A stretch of DNA of 20,000 bases from an uncultured virus (IMG/VR IMGVR_UViG_3300035502_000498) (IMGVR_UViG_3300035502_000498), one strand, 5' to 3'. Positions 6,858 to 16,560 are shown, numbered from the stretch's first letter. The notes: a model not told the origin generated them from the letters alone. Program-made: numbers and translations.

Positions 6858-7613
6858 ATGTTAAAAAGAGAGTTAAAACGTTCTTCAAGTTATAATGAAG
6901 ACGGAGCTATGCCTGAATTACTAGGCAAAGACCTTGAAAAGAATCTTGATGCAGTTGACACCAAGATGGAAGCAGATGAAGAAGATGTTGAACTTCAAGA
7001 TGATGCAGAGGAAATTGAAGACACTGAAGTTTCCGATGAAGAACCTGCAGAAGAAGTTCCTGATCATTTAGAAACAGATTTGGAAGAACCTGAGGAAGAA
7101 TTCAAAGACATCAATGAAAAAGTTGTTGTTTATCTTTACAGGGGTTTTGCAGAAATTGGTGACAATGTTCGTGTATTTGTTGAAGACACAGAAAATGAAG
7201 AACGTGATCCAGAATTAGTTGAAACTCTTCAAGACTTTATGGATGGCTATCCAGAAGTTATGGATGTTATTAAAGATTTGGCAAAGAAATATGTTACTTC
7301 TGTAGATCTTTTTGATCCTGAAGAAGGAGAAGAAATTGCAGACGAAGAACCTGAAGAAGACACAGAAGAACCTGAAGATTCTGAAGAAGCAGATATGGCA
7401 GATGACATTGAAGATTCAGAAGTGGTTGAGTCTTATGTTAAAGAACATAACTTAGAACACAATCAATTCGAATCAGAATATGAAATTTATGTTCCATATA
7501 CTTCTGAAGAACAAGCAGCTAAATACGAAGAAGACTTAAGAAAATTCAGAGGTGCTGAAGTATTTAGACATGCAGATATTGGCGAAATTCATGCATTTGT
7601 AAGAGTAAAGTAG
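6858..7613 (+). CDS. extremely acidic protein (prohead core/scaffold or internal-head-like)
   Basis: GGAG 6845-48 before ATG 6858; long D/E tracts; YNE/INE/VVES motifs. Confidence 0.75.
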   Translation: MLKRELKRSSSYNEDGAMPELLGKDLEKNLDAVDTKMEADEEDVELQDDAEEIEDTEVSDEEPAEEVPDHLETDLEEPEEEFKDINEKVVVYLYRGFAEIGDNVRVFVEDTENEERDPELVETLQDFMDGYPEVMDVIKDLAKKYVTSVDLFDPEEGEEIADEEPEEDTEEPEDSEEADMADDIEDSEVVESYVKEHNLEHNQFESEYEIYVPYTSEEQAAKYEEDLRKFRGAEVFRHADIGEIHAFVRVK

Positions 7614-7622
7614 GAGGAATAC

Positions 7623-8885
7623 ATGAAAGATTACGTATCTAGTTTATTTGATATAATTAAGACTTCTTCAAAATCTGAAGCTAAAAAAGTTGAATCAAAT
7701 GAAAAATCTGTAAAATCAGAATCAGATAAAAGAGTTCTATCACAACCTAAAAGAAAATCTATGAAAAGTGAAAGTGCTCACACAGATGCAATTCAAGAAA
7801 CTCTAGACAATGTTTTAAAGATTCAAGAAGAATTCAAATTATCTATAGTGCTTCCAATGAGAGCTAGTGATATAAAAGTAAATCCAGTTTCAGATGGTGA
7901 TTTGAAGTTAGGTGATAAAGCTAATCCTCATCTAAGAGCAGTCACTAAAGTTGAAGAAGCATTAGAAAACTTAGTATCTCAATTAAAAATGCAACTTTCA
8001 GATCCACTTCCTGAAGATGATGAAACAGTGGATGTAACCATTCATTCTACCGAAGGTGAAGAAATGGAAGAAAGTGATCACTACTACAGACAAATGCATC
8101 CAGAACTTGATGGAGTTGAAGAAACTATTCAAGTAAATGGTTGGAACTATAAAAATGGAGAAATTTGGGATGATCAAGGTCTTTGCTCAATAAGCTATGA
8201 CAAAGACAATGATTGTATCCATGTTGCAGAGCTTATGGATCCAGATGGTGTTGATCAAGAAACAATTGCAAATGTTCATTCAGTCGATGAGTTAGATGAT
8301 GTCTTAACTCAGTTCGTTGAATTGGATGAATTAGCAATAGAAATCAAACAGGCTTTTGCAGAATACATAGAAAATCAAAGAGGCTCTGTAAATGAAGCAG
8401 AAGATGATTTGGAAGACATGGATATTGAAGGTTCAGAAGAAATTGCACCAGAACCTATTATCATAGATGATTGGGAATATTTGGCATCAGATCCAGAATA
8501 TTATGGCAACCCAACTCTTTTATATGATAAGGGTGATTTTGTTGTATTTATTCAAAAAGATACAGACCCTGAAGAAACAGAACCATATTATGTTCAAGTT
8601 TCTATTGGAAATGCACAACCTCAAGACTATCAATCTGATGATATAGAAAATGTGTGCATGTGGTTAGAAACAATGGAAGCTCCCGTTCCAACTGAAGATG
8701 CTGTACTTGCTTTTTCTGCTGAACCTAAAGCAGAATTGGAAGAATCTGTAAACGAAGAAGCTACGGAAGAAAAAGAGAAAATTAAACTTCCTAAAGATTT
8801 CAAAGAAGCTCCAAATGATGAAGAAATAGCAAGAACTGCAAAGAAAGTTGAATCACCAAAAGTTTCTGATACAGAAGAGAAATAA
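7623..8885 (+). CDS. acidic modular protein with SVNE motifs (putative head-internal polyprotein)
   Basis: AGGAGG RBS; basic N-terminal leader, two similar beta-rich modules (ETIQVNGWNY / EPIIIDDWEY), GSVNE and ESVNE motifs. Confidence 0.78.
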   Translation: MKDYVSSLFDIIKTSSKSEAKKVESNEKSVKSESDKRVLSQPKRKSMKSESAHTDAIQETLDNVLKIQEEFKLSIVLPMRASDIKVNPVSDGDLKLGDKANPHLRAVTKVEEALENLVSQLKMQLSDPLPEDDETVDVTIHSTEGEEMEESDHYYRQMHPELDGVEETIQVNGWNYKNGEIWDDQGLCSISYDKDNDCIHVAELMDPDGVDQETIANVHSVDELDDVLTQFVELDELAIEIKQAFAEYIENQRGSVNEAEDDLEDMDIEGSEEIAPEPIIIDDWEYLASDPEYYGNPTLLYDKGDFVVFIQKDTDPEETEPYYVQVSIGNAQPQDYQSDDIENVCMWLETMEAPVPTEDAVLAFSAEPKAELEESVNEEATEEKEKIKLPKDFKEAPNDEEIARTAKKVESPKVSDTEEK

Positions 8886-8900
8886 TTGAAAGGATACATT

Positions 8901-9308
8901 ATGACAGATACTATTAAAAATGATATGTATGGAAAAATCAAAAGAGCAAAAGAAATTGCTGCAAAAGCATTAGGTCAAGTTGATCTAGGTGCAAAAGTTT
9001 TGAAACCAGAAGCTCCTGCTAAAGCAAAATTAGATGTTCAAACAAAAACTTCTAAAAATGCTACTTCAGAATCTGCAGAATCAGGAAAAGCAGAAATCAA
9101 AGGCAAACTTCTTGCTAAGTTGAAACTTAAAAAGGCAGATGCAAAGACTGAAGTTCCAGTTACAAAATCAAAACTTGTTGAAGAATCTGCTCCTGCAGGA
9201 ACTACTGAAGTTAAGAAAGTTCCAGATGACAAAACCAAAGCACAAAAAGCAAAAGTTCTTGCTAAAGCAAAGAAAGCAGATGCAAAAGAAACTAAAGTTA
9301 AGGGTTAA
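8901..9308 (+). CDS. Lys/Ala-rich low-complexity basic protein (histone H1-like composition)
   Basis: AAGGA RBS before ATG 8901; internal repeat KLLAKLKLKKADAK / KVLAKAKKADAK. Confidence 0.75.
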   Translation: MTDTIKNDMYGKIKRAKEIAAKALGQVDLGAKVLKPEAPAKAKLDVQTKTSKNATSESAESGKAEIKGKLLAKLKLKKADAKTEVPVTKSKLVEESAPAGTTEVKKVPDDKTKAQKAKVLAKAKKADAKETKVKG

Positions 9309-9342
9309 TTTCAAATTATACACTTATTCATGGGAATCAATC

Positions 9343-9400
9343 GGGTCTTGTTGCAAAACAAGACCCCTCCTTTTGCAGAATTTCATCTCATATAAGGAGG
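9343..9400 (+). promoter_or_regulatory. structured groEL leader: GCAA-tetraloop hairpin plus anti-SD/SD stem
   Basis: GGGTCTTGTT-GCAA-AACAAGACCC (9343-66); CCTCCTT (9366-72) complements AAGGAGG (9394-9400). Confidence 0.55.
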
Positions 9401-9407
9401 AATAACT

Positions 9408-11012
9408 ATGAAACATATTTACACAGATTCAAAAGCAAGAGAAAGATTGCTTACTGGCATAGATACTGTTGCAGATATAGTTAAGGCAACACTTGGACCA
9501 CGTGGAAGCAATGTAATCTTGAAAACACCATATAATGCACCAACTATTGTCAATGATGGAGTATCCATTGCAAGAGAAATTGTTCTTGAAGATCCTACAG
9601 AAAATGCAGGTGCAGTACTTATGACTTCTGCAGCATCAGCTACAAATTCTGCAGTTGGGGATGGAACCACAACCACTTGTATTTTAACTCAAGGTCTTAT
9701 TCAAAATGGATTCAAAGCAATAGAAAAAGACAAAGCAAATCCAATTCTCTTAAGAGAAGAACTTAAGAAATGCGCAGAAGATTTTGTCTATCCTGCATTG
9801 GACAAACAAGTAGAATCTTGTGATACCATTGAAAAACTTCAAAAAGTTGCAACAATCTCAGTTGGTGGAAATGAAGAATATGGAAAATTAATCGGAGATG
9901 CTTTATTTAAGGTTGGACCAGAAGGAATTGTAAACCTTGAAAATAATTCATTCCCAGAAACTACTCTTTCAATGATTGATGGATACAAAATCGAACGTGG
10001 TTATATGTCTCCATATGCAATAAATGATACAGAGAAATATGTAGTTGATTATGAAAACTGTCTTGTTCTTTGTTGCTATCATAAAATCACAAAAAGAGAA
10101 CATGTAGAATCTTTATTTAAGTATGCATATGATTCACAAAAATCAATACTCCTTATTGTTGAAGATATGGATGAATCCATATTTGGTGGATTGCAAGTTA
10201 ATTTGATGAAACGTGTATTCAAAATCTGTCCTGTTAAATCTCCAGGATTTGGTTTTAATGTCAGAGACTACATGAATGATATTGCCAAAATGACAGGTTG
10301 TATGGTTTATGCAGAAGATACTCGAGATATGAGCACTTTCAATCAAGATGATTTTGGTTTTGCATCAAGAGTTACTGCAAATAGAGAGTGTACTTGCATA
10401 ATTAGAGATGATGAGGATTCCAGAGAAGATTTGGATGAATATATCAGATCTCTAAGAAATCAATTAGCAGCCACCGAAAATGAACATCTAAAAGATTCCT
10501 TAAAGGAAAGAATCTCCAAACTTACGGTTGGTGTGGCAACAATTTCTGTTGGAGCAAAATCTCAAACCGAACAGAATGAGCTCAAACTCAGAATAGAAGA
10601 TGCAATCAATGCTGCAAGAGCTGCTCTTAGAGGAGGAATTGTAGCAGGTGGTGGTTGTGCTTTAGCAGCAATATCAACTAAACTTTCAAACTTGAACATG
10701 GATTTTTCATCTCATGAACAGAAACTTGCCTATAAGATAATGGAAAACGTTTTGCTTCTTCCTGAAGATCAAATTGTTGAGAATTCAGGTGGAAGTGCAG
10801 ATGGACTCAAGAGAGACCTTTTAGGAAAAGAAGAATCTTCTCTATATGATTTTGGTTTTAACGGAGTTACCAGACACTATGAGAATCTTAAAGAAGCAGG
10901 TATCATAGATCCTGCTTTAGTAGTGAAATCAGCAGTAGAAAATGCAGTATCAGTTGCTTCAACAATTCTAACTACTCAAGCAACCATTATAGCAGAAGAC
11001 AAAGGTGAATAA
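9408..11012 (+). CDS. groEL: phage-encoded chaperonin GroEL (Cpn60)
   Basis: TLGPRG, NDGVSIAREI, GDGTTT, KSPGFG, RIEDAINAARAA, GIVAGGG and GIIDP motifs; 534 aa; no GGM tail. Confidence 0.96.
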   Translation: MKHIYTDSKARERLLTGIDTVADIVKATLGPRGSNVILKTPYNAPTIVNDGVSIAREIVLEDPTENAGAVLMTSAASATNSAVGDGTTTTCILTQGLIQNGFKAIEKDKANPILLREELKKCAEDFVYPALDKQVESCDTIEKLQKVATISVGGNEEYGKLIGDALFKVGPEGIVNLENNSFPETTLSMIDGYKIERGYMSPYAINDTEKYVVDYENCLVLCCYHKITKREHVESLFKYAYDSQKSILLIVEDMDESIFGGLQVNLMKRVFKICPVKSPGFGFNVRDYMNDIAKMTGCMVYAEDTRDMSTFNQDDFGFASRVTANRECTCIIRDDEDSREDLDEYIRSLRNQLAATENEHLKDSLKERISKLTVGVATISVGAKSQTEQNELKLRIEDAINAARAALRGGIVAGGGCALAAISTKLSNLNMDFSSHEQKLAYKIMENVLLLPEDQIVENSGGSADGLKRDLLGKEESSLYDFGFNGVTRHYENLKEAGIIDPALVVKSAVENAVSVASTILTTQATIIAEDKGE

Positions 11013-11028
11013 GATTGTTTGAATCGAA

Positions 11029-11102
11029 TGTGCTCTAAGTTCCTATATATTATTGTAGAAATAATTCATCTCTTCAAAGAGAAGTAAACGATTTAGAGCA
11101 CA
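11029..11102 (+). promoter_or_regulatory. structured leader abutting the RBS of the tail-fibre operon
   Basis: 12-bp stem TGTGCTCTAAGT (11029-40)/ATTTAGAGCACA (11091-11102) enclosing two small hairpins; GGAG follows immediately. Confidence 0.5.
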
Positions 11103-11114
11103 GGAGATTTTATC

Positions 11115-12926
11115 TTGAGTACATATACAGTTCCATATTCATTTATAGGAGGAACAAAAGCTTCTGCAGATGAAGTAAACAAAAACTTTTCATATATAAC
11201 AGAGATATTGGACAGTATGAATGCTGCACAATATCCTTTTTGTGTTAATTCTGCAAACAGAAGCAGAAATAATGTAGAAGATTTATTTGCTTATAGTGGA
11301 TCTATTGTTACTTCAAAAGTAGGAGGAATCTATGATGAAGCTCGAATCACTACAGGCTCAGGAACTTCCTTAACTGTAACAGATTCTGCAAAAACCACAG
11401 TTACACCAACTACTTATAAATCAATAGTGCCTGTCCTTAAATCAAGTAAACAAGATGATATAAATTGTGCAACAACTTCTGAAGCATCAGGTTATGAAGC
11501 ATGGCATGCTTTTGATAAAGATGAAAATACTTATTGGGGTTCTTTTGTTGGTGTGAATTCAGCAGATTTAGCAATAACATTTTCACAAAGATACAATGTA
11601 TCTCAATACTATGTCAAGACTCTAACCGCTGCATCATGGACTTTGGAAGGAAGTAATGATCAATCCGTATGGACAGAATTGGATTCTTATTCAGTTGAAG
11701 AGGCAAGCGGGATTTTAAGGAGCGTTTCTGTCTCTGGTAATTACAATGTCTTTAGACTATCTGTAACTGTCTCTGGTTCAAATTATCAGATTCGTATTGC
11801 TGAGTTTGATTTATATGAAGAAGATTCTACAGGTTCTTTAAGAAAAGATGAAACTCAGATTCTATATCTTGGAGCAAAGGAATTAAGATCTTATGCAAAT
11901 AAGTTCTTTGTTCAAGAAGCACAGCCGGCAGGAATTCAAGCATATGATTCTTTGATTCCTGAGATGAAATCAAATGTTGTCCCAGCAGGATATACAATTA
12001 GTGCATCTTCTTATACTGCACAAAATCCACCATATGCTGCAACAGATAATAACATAGGAACTACTTGGGAAGCAACTTCAACTTCAGATAAATATACATG
12101 GTTTCAAGTTCAATTACCGAACAGAGCTACTGCTAAGGTATGCAAACTCACTCTTGGATCTGAAGCATCTGCAGTAAATAAAGCTATTAGAAATGGAAGA
12201 CTACTTGGTTCCAACAATGCTGTTACATGGGTAACTTTATATGATATAGAAGATTTAGAATGGACAAGTGTTGGAGAATCTAAATATTTATACTTCACAG
12301 ATAATGACACTCAATATTCTTATTACAGACTCGAAGGAAAAGCACCTTTTGCTTCTCTTGCAGAATTCCAATTATATGAATACTCTGCATCAGGAGAATA
12401 CATGTTGGGCGAAGCATCCTTAGATGATGTTTGGTTCAGTACAGTTGATCCACATGAAGCATCAATATATGTTGGTTCAAGTGCATGGGCACCATTTGAT
12501 CTTGTTCCCGCTGGAGAAGTTGATATTGATTCAACAGGTGCAATCACAGAAGTTCGTACATATCCTTATGACCAAAATGGATTCAATGTCAATGCATTTA
12601 CTACAAAAGATTTTGCAGGAAATGTTGTTACTTATGACAGTTTCCAATCTCTATATGGAGAAACAGGATGTGTTCAACTTCCTAACAAGTTTTTATTGCA
12701 ATGGGGAAGAACTTATGGAGGAAATACTACTTTATTTCCAGTTACCTTCCCGAATTCAATTTTCGGTGTATTTGTAAGTCCAATAGCTACAAGTGGGGCA
12801 GTTGGCAGCACCGTAACCTCAGTATCGACTTCTGGGTTCACAGCAGTGAATGCAGTTCAATCTGCAACTTCCCAGATGACGATCCAAAGTAATGTACAGA
12901 ATTATTGGTTTGCGATAGGACGGTAA
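11115..12926 (+). CDS. tail fibre / receptor-binding protein with two F5/8-type-C (discoidin, CBM32-like) domains and a C-terminal gp53-like fibre tip
   Basis: N-terminal FIGGTKASADEVNKNF; AWHAFD...W...WTLEGSND..W...IAEFDLY and PYAATD...W...LLGSNN..W...LAEFQLY; C-terminal QLPNKFLLQWG...FPVTFPN...YWFAIGR; TTG start with AGGAG RBS. Confidence 0.85.
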   Translation: MSTYTVPYSFIGGTKASADEVNKNFSYITEILDSMNAAQYPFCVNSANRSRNNVEDLFAYSGSIVTSKVGGIYDEARITTGSGTSLTVTDSAKTTVTPTTYKSIVPVLKSSKQDDINCATTSEASGYEAWHAFDKDENTYWGSFVGVNSADLAITFSQRYNVSQYYVKTLTAASWTLEGSNDQSVWTELDSYSVEEASGILRSVSVSGNYNVFRLSVTVSGSNYQIRIAEFDLYEEDSTGSLRKDETQILYLGAKELRSYANKFFVQEAQPAGIQAYDSLIPEMKSNVVPAGYTISASSYTAQNPPYAATDNNIGTTWEATSTSDKYTWFQVQLPNRATAKVCKLTLGSEASAVNKAIRNGRLLGSNNAVTWVTLYDIEDLEWTSVGESKYLYFTDNDTQYSYYRLEGKAPFASLAEFQLYEYSASGEYMLGEASLDDVWFSTVDPHEASIYVGSSAWAPFDLVPAGEVDIDSTGAITEVRTYPYDQNGFNVNAFTTKDFAGNVVTYDSFQSLYGETGCVQLPNKFLLQWGRTYGGNTTLFPVTFPNSIFGVFVSPIATSGAVGSTVTSVSTSGFTAVNAVQSATSQMTIQSNVQNYWFAIGR

Positions 12927-12928
12927 TA

Positions 12929-13369
12929 ATGTTAGATGGAAGCTTATTTTTAGACCCAGAAACATTGAAGATGGTTTTGAGAAAAGGAGATACAGGTCAT
13001 GTATGTCTTAGATTAAGCACGAGTCTTGCAGATGGAACATTTTGGTTTGTTGTAAAAGAAGATGCATCTCAACCTGATTCAGAAGCACCTATTGTACAAA
13101 AGTATGATCATCCAGGTGGTTCTCTGCTTTTAATTACTATTTCTGAAGAGGAATCAGATAAATTAGTAGGACAATCTGAATATTCTACTTGCGTATGTAA
13201 AAAGAACTATAAAGATTATATATGGGCGCTGAAATTTGCAGAACATTTAAGAGATGATGATGGGAATATAATTGGAGTTGGTTCAGTTAAGACTCTAATT
13301 CCATGCGTTACTCATAAAGCACCAATATTTAGAGTGTACCCAGAAATAATAGAAGGACCAAATACATGA
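12929..13369 (+). CDS. BppU/baseplate-upper-like Ig-fold structural protein (start reassigned from 12905)
   Basis: LRKGDTG motif, beta-strand pattern, tail-gene context. Confidence 0.55.
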   Translation: MLDGSLFLDPETLKMVLRKGDTGHVCLRLSTSLADGTFWFVVKEDASQPDSEAPIVQKYDHPGGSLLLITISEEESDKLVGQSEYSTCVCKKNYKDYIWALKFAEHLRDDDGNIIGVGSVKTLIPCVTHKAPIFRVYPEIIEGPNT

Positions 13370-13950
13370 TGAATCAAAAATTAAATCCTTATGATTACTA
13401 TAGACGTCCAGGAACAGGATATGGTCATAGATATGAATCTATGAATTGTCCGCCTGATAATGGTCTTACTGCTGCTCCTGCAAAACCATGGGAACAAACC
13501 GTTGCAGAACATAATGCAGACAGAAACTCACATCCTTATTTATTAGGATTAATCAAAAATAACATGATCAGTTACTATTGCAAAGATACCGTTGCAGATA
13601 GAGATGATATCCAAGAGGCACTTCGTATGGAAGGTCTTATGGTTTATGTTGTAGAAACCGATACTCTCTATAGATTGCAAGGTGGAATCAGCAATGAGAA
13701 CTGGGTAACTCTTGATCTAACTTCAGATCAATATATTAAAGTAGGAAGACTAAATCCCCCAACTGACGCAGAAGATGGTTCAGCATATTTCGACTTAACC
13801 ATTGGAAGGCTCAGAATAAGATATGAAGATGAGTGGGTTACAATTCCAACTAAAACAGATCTTGACACAGCAATTCTTAAACATGAAGATGACGTAAATG
13901 CACATGCCGATAGGTTTGCTGAGGTAGAGAATAAATGGTATACAATTTAG
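13366..13950 (+). CDS. tail-fibre-associated structural protein
   Basis: HNADRNSH and HEDDVNAH repeats; EGLMVYVVETDTLYRL...W and DGSAYFD...W modules. Confidence 0.7.
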   Translation: MMNQKLNPYDYYRRPGTGYGHRYESMNCPPDNGLTAAPAKPWEQTVAEHNADRNSHPYLLGLIKNNMISYYCKDTVADRDDIQEALRMEGLMVYVVETDTLYRLQGGISNENWVTLDLTSDQYIKVGRLNPPTDAEDGSAYFDLTIGRLRIRYEDEWVTIPTKTDLDTAILKHEDDVNAHADRFAEVENKWYTI

Positions 13951-13967
13951 AATAGGAGAAATTGCAA

Positions 13968-14948
13968 ATGGCAAACTATCAATTACACTTAGGTACGCAA
14001 GCAGCATTTGATGCCAAGAAACTTGCTGGTACTCTAGTAGCAAATGACTTGTATTTTATTGAAGACTCACAAGTTGTTTACATGGGCGAAAAACTTTTAT
14101 CAGCAGCAGCAGAATTAGTATCTTCATTCCCTGCAGCTGGTGTTCAAGGAAAAATCTACATCAATTCTGACTCTTTAGAAGCAAAAGTTTGGAATGGTGC
14201 AGAATGGACAGTAATCTCACCTGCTGTATCTACAACTCTTAACACAGATACTGCAGCAGGTGCATTAGTTACTGCAAGCGCTATCAGAGCTTATGTTTCA
14301 GGTGCTGTAGGAAACGATGGCTTGGTTGCTGACGTTACTTACGCTGCTGATACTGCTGTATTAACAGTTGCAAAAGCTGATGGTTCTTCAACTACTATCA
14401 ACTTACCAAAAGAAAACTTCTTAAGCAGTGCAGCTTATGATTCAACTACCCACATCTTGACTATGACTTTGGTAGATGATACTAAAGTTACAGTTAACTT
14501 GGAAGAATTAATCGATGTTTACACTGCTGGTAACACAGCTACAGTAAACATGGGTCTTAAAGATGGTCAATTCACAGCTGATGTTAACCTTTCAAAAGAA
14601 GCAAACAACGCTTTAGTTGCTAAAGAAGATGGCTTACACGTTGATATTTCTGGTAAACAAGACAACTTGTCAGAAGCTCAACTAGCAGCTACTAATTCTG
14701 GTGCTACTAAAACTAAAATCGATGCTTATGATACTCACGTAGCAGATACTACAATTCACATCACTGCTGCAGAAAGAACTGCATGGAATGCTAAAGCAGA
14801 TGCATCTGATGTTTATACAAAAAGTGAAGTAGATACTGAATTAGCCAAGAAAGCAGATGCATCTTCTGTATATGCTAAATCAGAAACTTACACTCAAACA
14901 GAAGTAGACGATGCAATCGAAGCATCTCATACTTGGTTAGAAATCTAA
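13968..14948 (+). CDS. fibre/whisker structural protein
   Basis: AGGAG RBS; HVADTTIHITAAERTAWN and YTKSEVD/YTQTEVD fibre repeats; Ala/Thr-rich. Confidence 0.78.
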   Translation: MANYQLHLGTQAAFDAKKLAGTLVANDLYFIEDSQVVYMGEKLLSAAAELVSSFPAAGVQGKIYINSDSLEAKVWNGAEWTVISPAVSTTLNTDTAAGALVTASAIRAYVSGAVGNDGLVADVTYAADTAVLTVAKADGSSTTINLPKENFLSSAAYDSTTHILTMTLVDDTKVTVNLEELIDVYTAGNTATVNMGLKDGQFTADVNLSKEANNALVAKEDGLHVDISGKQDNLSEAQLAATNSGATKTKIDAYDTHVADTTIHITAAERTAWNAKADASDVYTKSEVDTELAKKADASSVYAKSETYTQTEVDDAIEASHTWLEI

Positions 14949-14969
14949 TAATTCGGGAGATTAACGAGA

Positions 14970-15818
14970 ATGCCACCATTATTTCATGCAGTTAAAACAA
15001 CACAAGCAAGTTTAGAAGCCACAGCCATTACAAGTGGTAATGCTTATTTCGTGCAAGATTCTGAAAGGTTGTTCTTCGACTACAATAATTCAAGAACCGA
15101 GATTCGCGATATTGTAGTTTTGGATACTGAAGCAGACAGAACAGAAATGCTTGCACCAAAGAATAAGTTCTATTTTGTGCTGGAAACAACGGAGCTCTGG
15201 TTATATAAAGCTGGAACTTGGTATCAAATATCTGGAAAGGCAGACTCAATATCTCTTGCTTATCAATCTTTCAATGCTGGCACGGAAATCAGTAAAGTCC
15301 AATTGGACCAAGCTGTTTCCGATGCTGCTAGCATTGTTTCAGTTAACGTTGATAACACTGTATTATTGAAATCAACCTATACTCTTGGAGATGATTTACA
15401 GACCATTACTTTCACAAGTCCAATCACTGCAGAATTGGGTATAGATGTAATCTATTCAATTACAGAATCAGGAAGTTCAAGATCTGCATCTTCTTCAGTA
15501 AATACATTAACAACAACAAAATCAAGAAGCACTGTTTCTACAGTAGAGAAGAGCATGACTTTAACTGCAGATCAGGTTTATCAATTAAGTCTTACAGGTC
15601 ACACGAGTCTTTCTTTTGGAGGTTGGACAGAAGGAACAGAGCAAAAGATTACTCTATATTTAACTGTTCCTGATTCATATACTTTGACTCTTCCAGCAGA
15701 TGTTAAATGGAAGAACGGAGTTTCTCCTTCTCTTGAGGTAGATGGTGTTTATATCATGGAATTTAAGTCTATTGATGGTGGATCTACTGTATTTGGTTCA
15801 GTAGATAAATATATCTAA
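14970..15818 (+). CDS. tail-fibre-associated structural protein
   Basis: N-terminal modules resemble those of 13968; C-terminal LTLPADVKW..G..P...Y..EF.SIDGG fibre domain. Confidence 0.72.
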   Translation: MPPLFHAVKTTQASLEATAITSGNAYFVQDSERLFFDYNNSRTEIRDIVVLDTEADRTEMLAPKNKFYFVLETTELWLYKAGTWYQISGKADSISLAYQSFNAGTEISKVQLDQAVSDAASIVSVNVDNTVLLKSTYTLGDDLQTITFTSPITAELGIDVIYSITESGSSRSASSSVNTLTTTKSRSTVSTVEKSMTLTADQVYQLSLTGHTSLSFGGWTEGTEQKITLYLTVPDSYTLTLPADVKWKNGVSPSLEVDGVYIMEFKSIDGGSTVFGSVDKYI

Positions 15819-15826
15819 GGTAGTGA

Positions 15827-16477
15827 ATGAAAAATAAAATCAGAGTACTCTATAGTTCCGAAACAGGAAAGATCTTAGGCTATTATCCATATAGCATCGA
15901 GTATTCAGATATTCCTTCACCATGTATAGATATTTCAAACGAACAATATTCACTTTTATTACAGAATGAAGAGAAATTCAGAATACGAAATGGAGAGTTA
16001 GTTAGCATAGAAGACTCTGCAGAGTACTTTATGGAAGAGAAAAATTCTTTGCTATCACAAATATCATATAAGATAGAACAAGGGGCAATTCTTGCCAAAG
16101 AATGGGGAATCTTGGAACTAAACCAATGTTATGTAAATGTTCATTGGAAAGAATACTACTCTTCTTTGCTTAATTGTTTAGATTCGCAGAAAGATAACAT
16201 ACATATTAAGATATATGAACTTGAGTCAGATCAGTATTTCTTCAATTACAAGGAGTTCACTCCATCAGATGCGAAAGAGTTTTTAACAAATGCATTAGAA
16301 GCAATTGAAGATTACAAAACTCAATATATCCCTACAGAACAAACGAAGTTTATCCAACTTCTTCAAGAAGTTCAATCTTCTCAGAATTTAGTTTCTATTA
16401 AGGCACTGTATGACTCAGTGAACTATGGATGTGTGATCAACGAATTAGAATCCATAATCCCCTTAAAAGCTATATAA
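15827..16477 (+). CDS. putative tail-fibre assembly chaperone
   Basis: N-terminal YSSETGKILGYY...IPSPCIDISNEQY pattern of Tfa-like chaperones; last gene of the fibre cluster. Confidence 0.55.
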   Translation: MKNKIRVLYSSETGKILGYYPYSIEYSDIPSPCIDISNEQYSLLLQNEEKFRIRNGELVSIEDSAEYFMEEKNSLLSQISYKIEQGAILAKEWGILELNQCYVNVHWKEYYSSLLNCLDSQKDNIHIKIYELESDQYFFNYKEFTPSDAKEFLTNALEAIEDYKTQYIPTEQTKFIQLLQEVQSSQNLVSIKALYDSVNYGCVINELESIIPLKAI

Positions 16478-16560
16478 CACATATTGAAATATTATAATAC
16501 CCTATGGACAATCATTATATTCTAGACAAATTCCACATTGACTTAGAATTTTAATGACCG

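Noticed and set aside
11115..16477. Diversity-generating retroelement or invertible tail-fibre cassette
   Set aside because: No reverse transcriptase, recombinase, TR/VR repeat pair or inverted crossover sites are seen in the window
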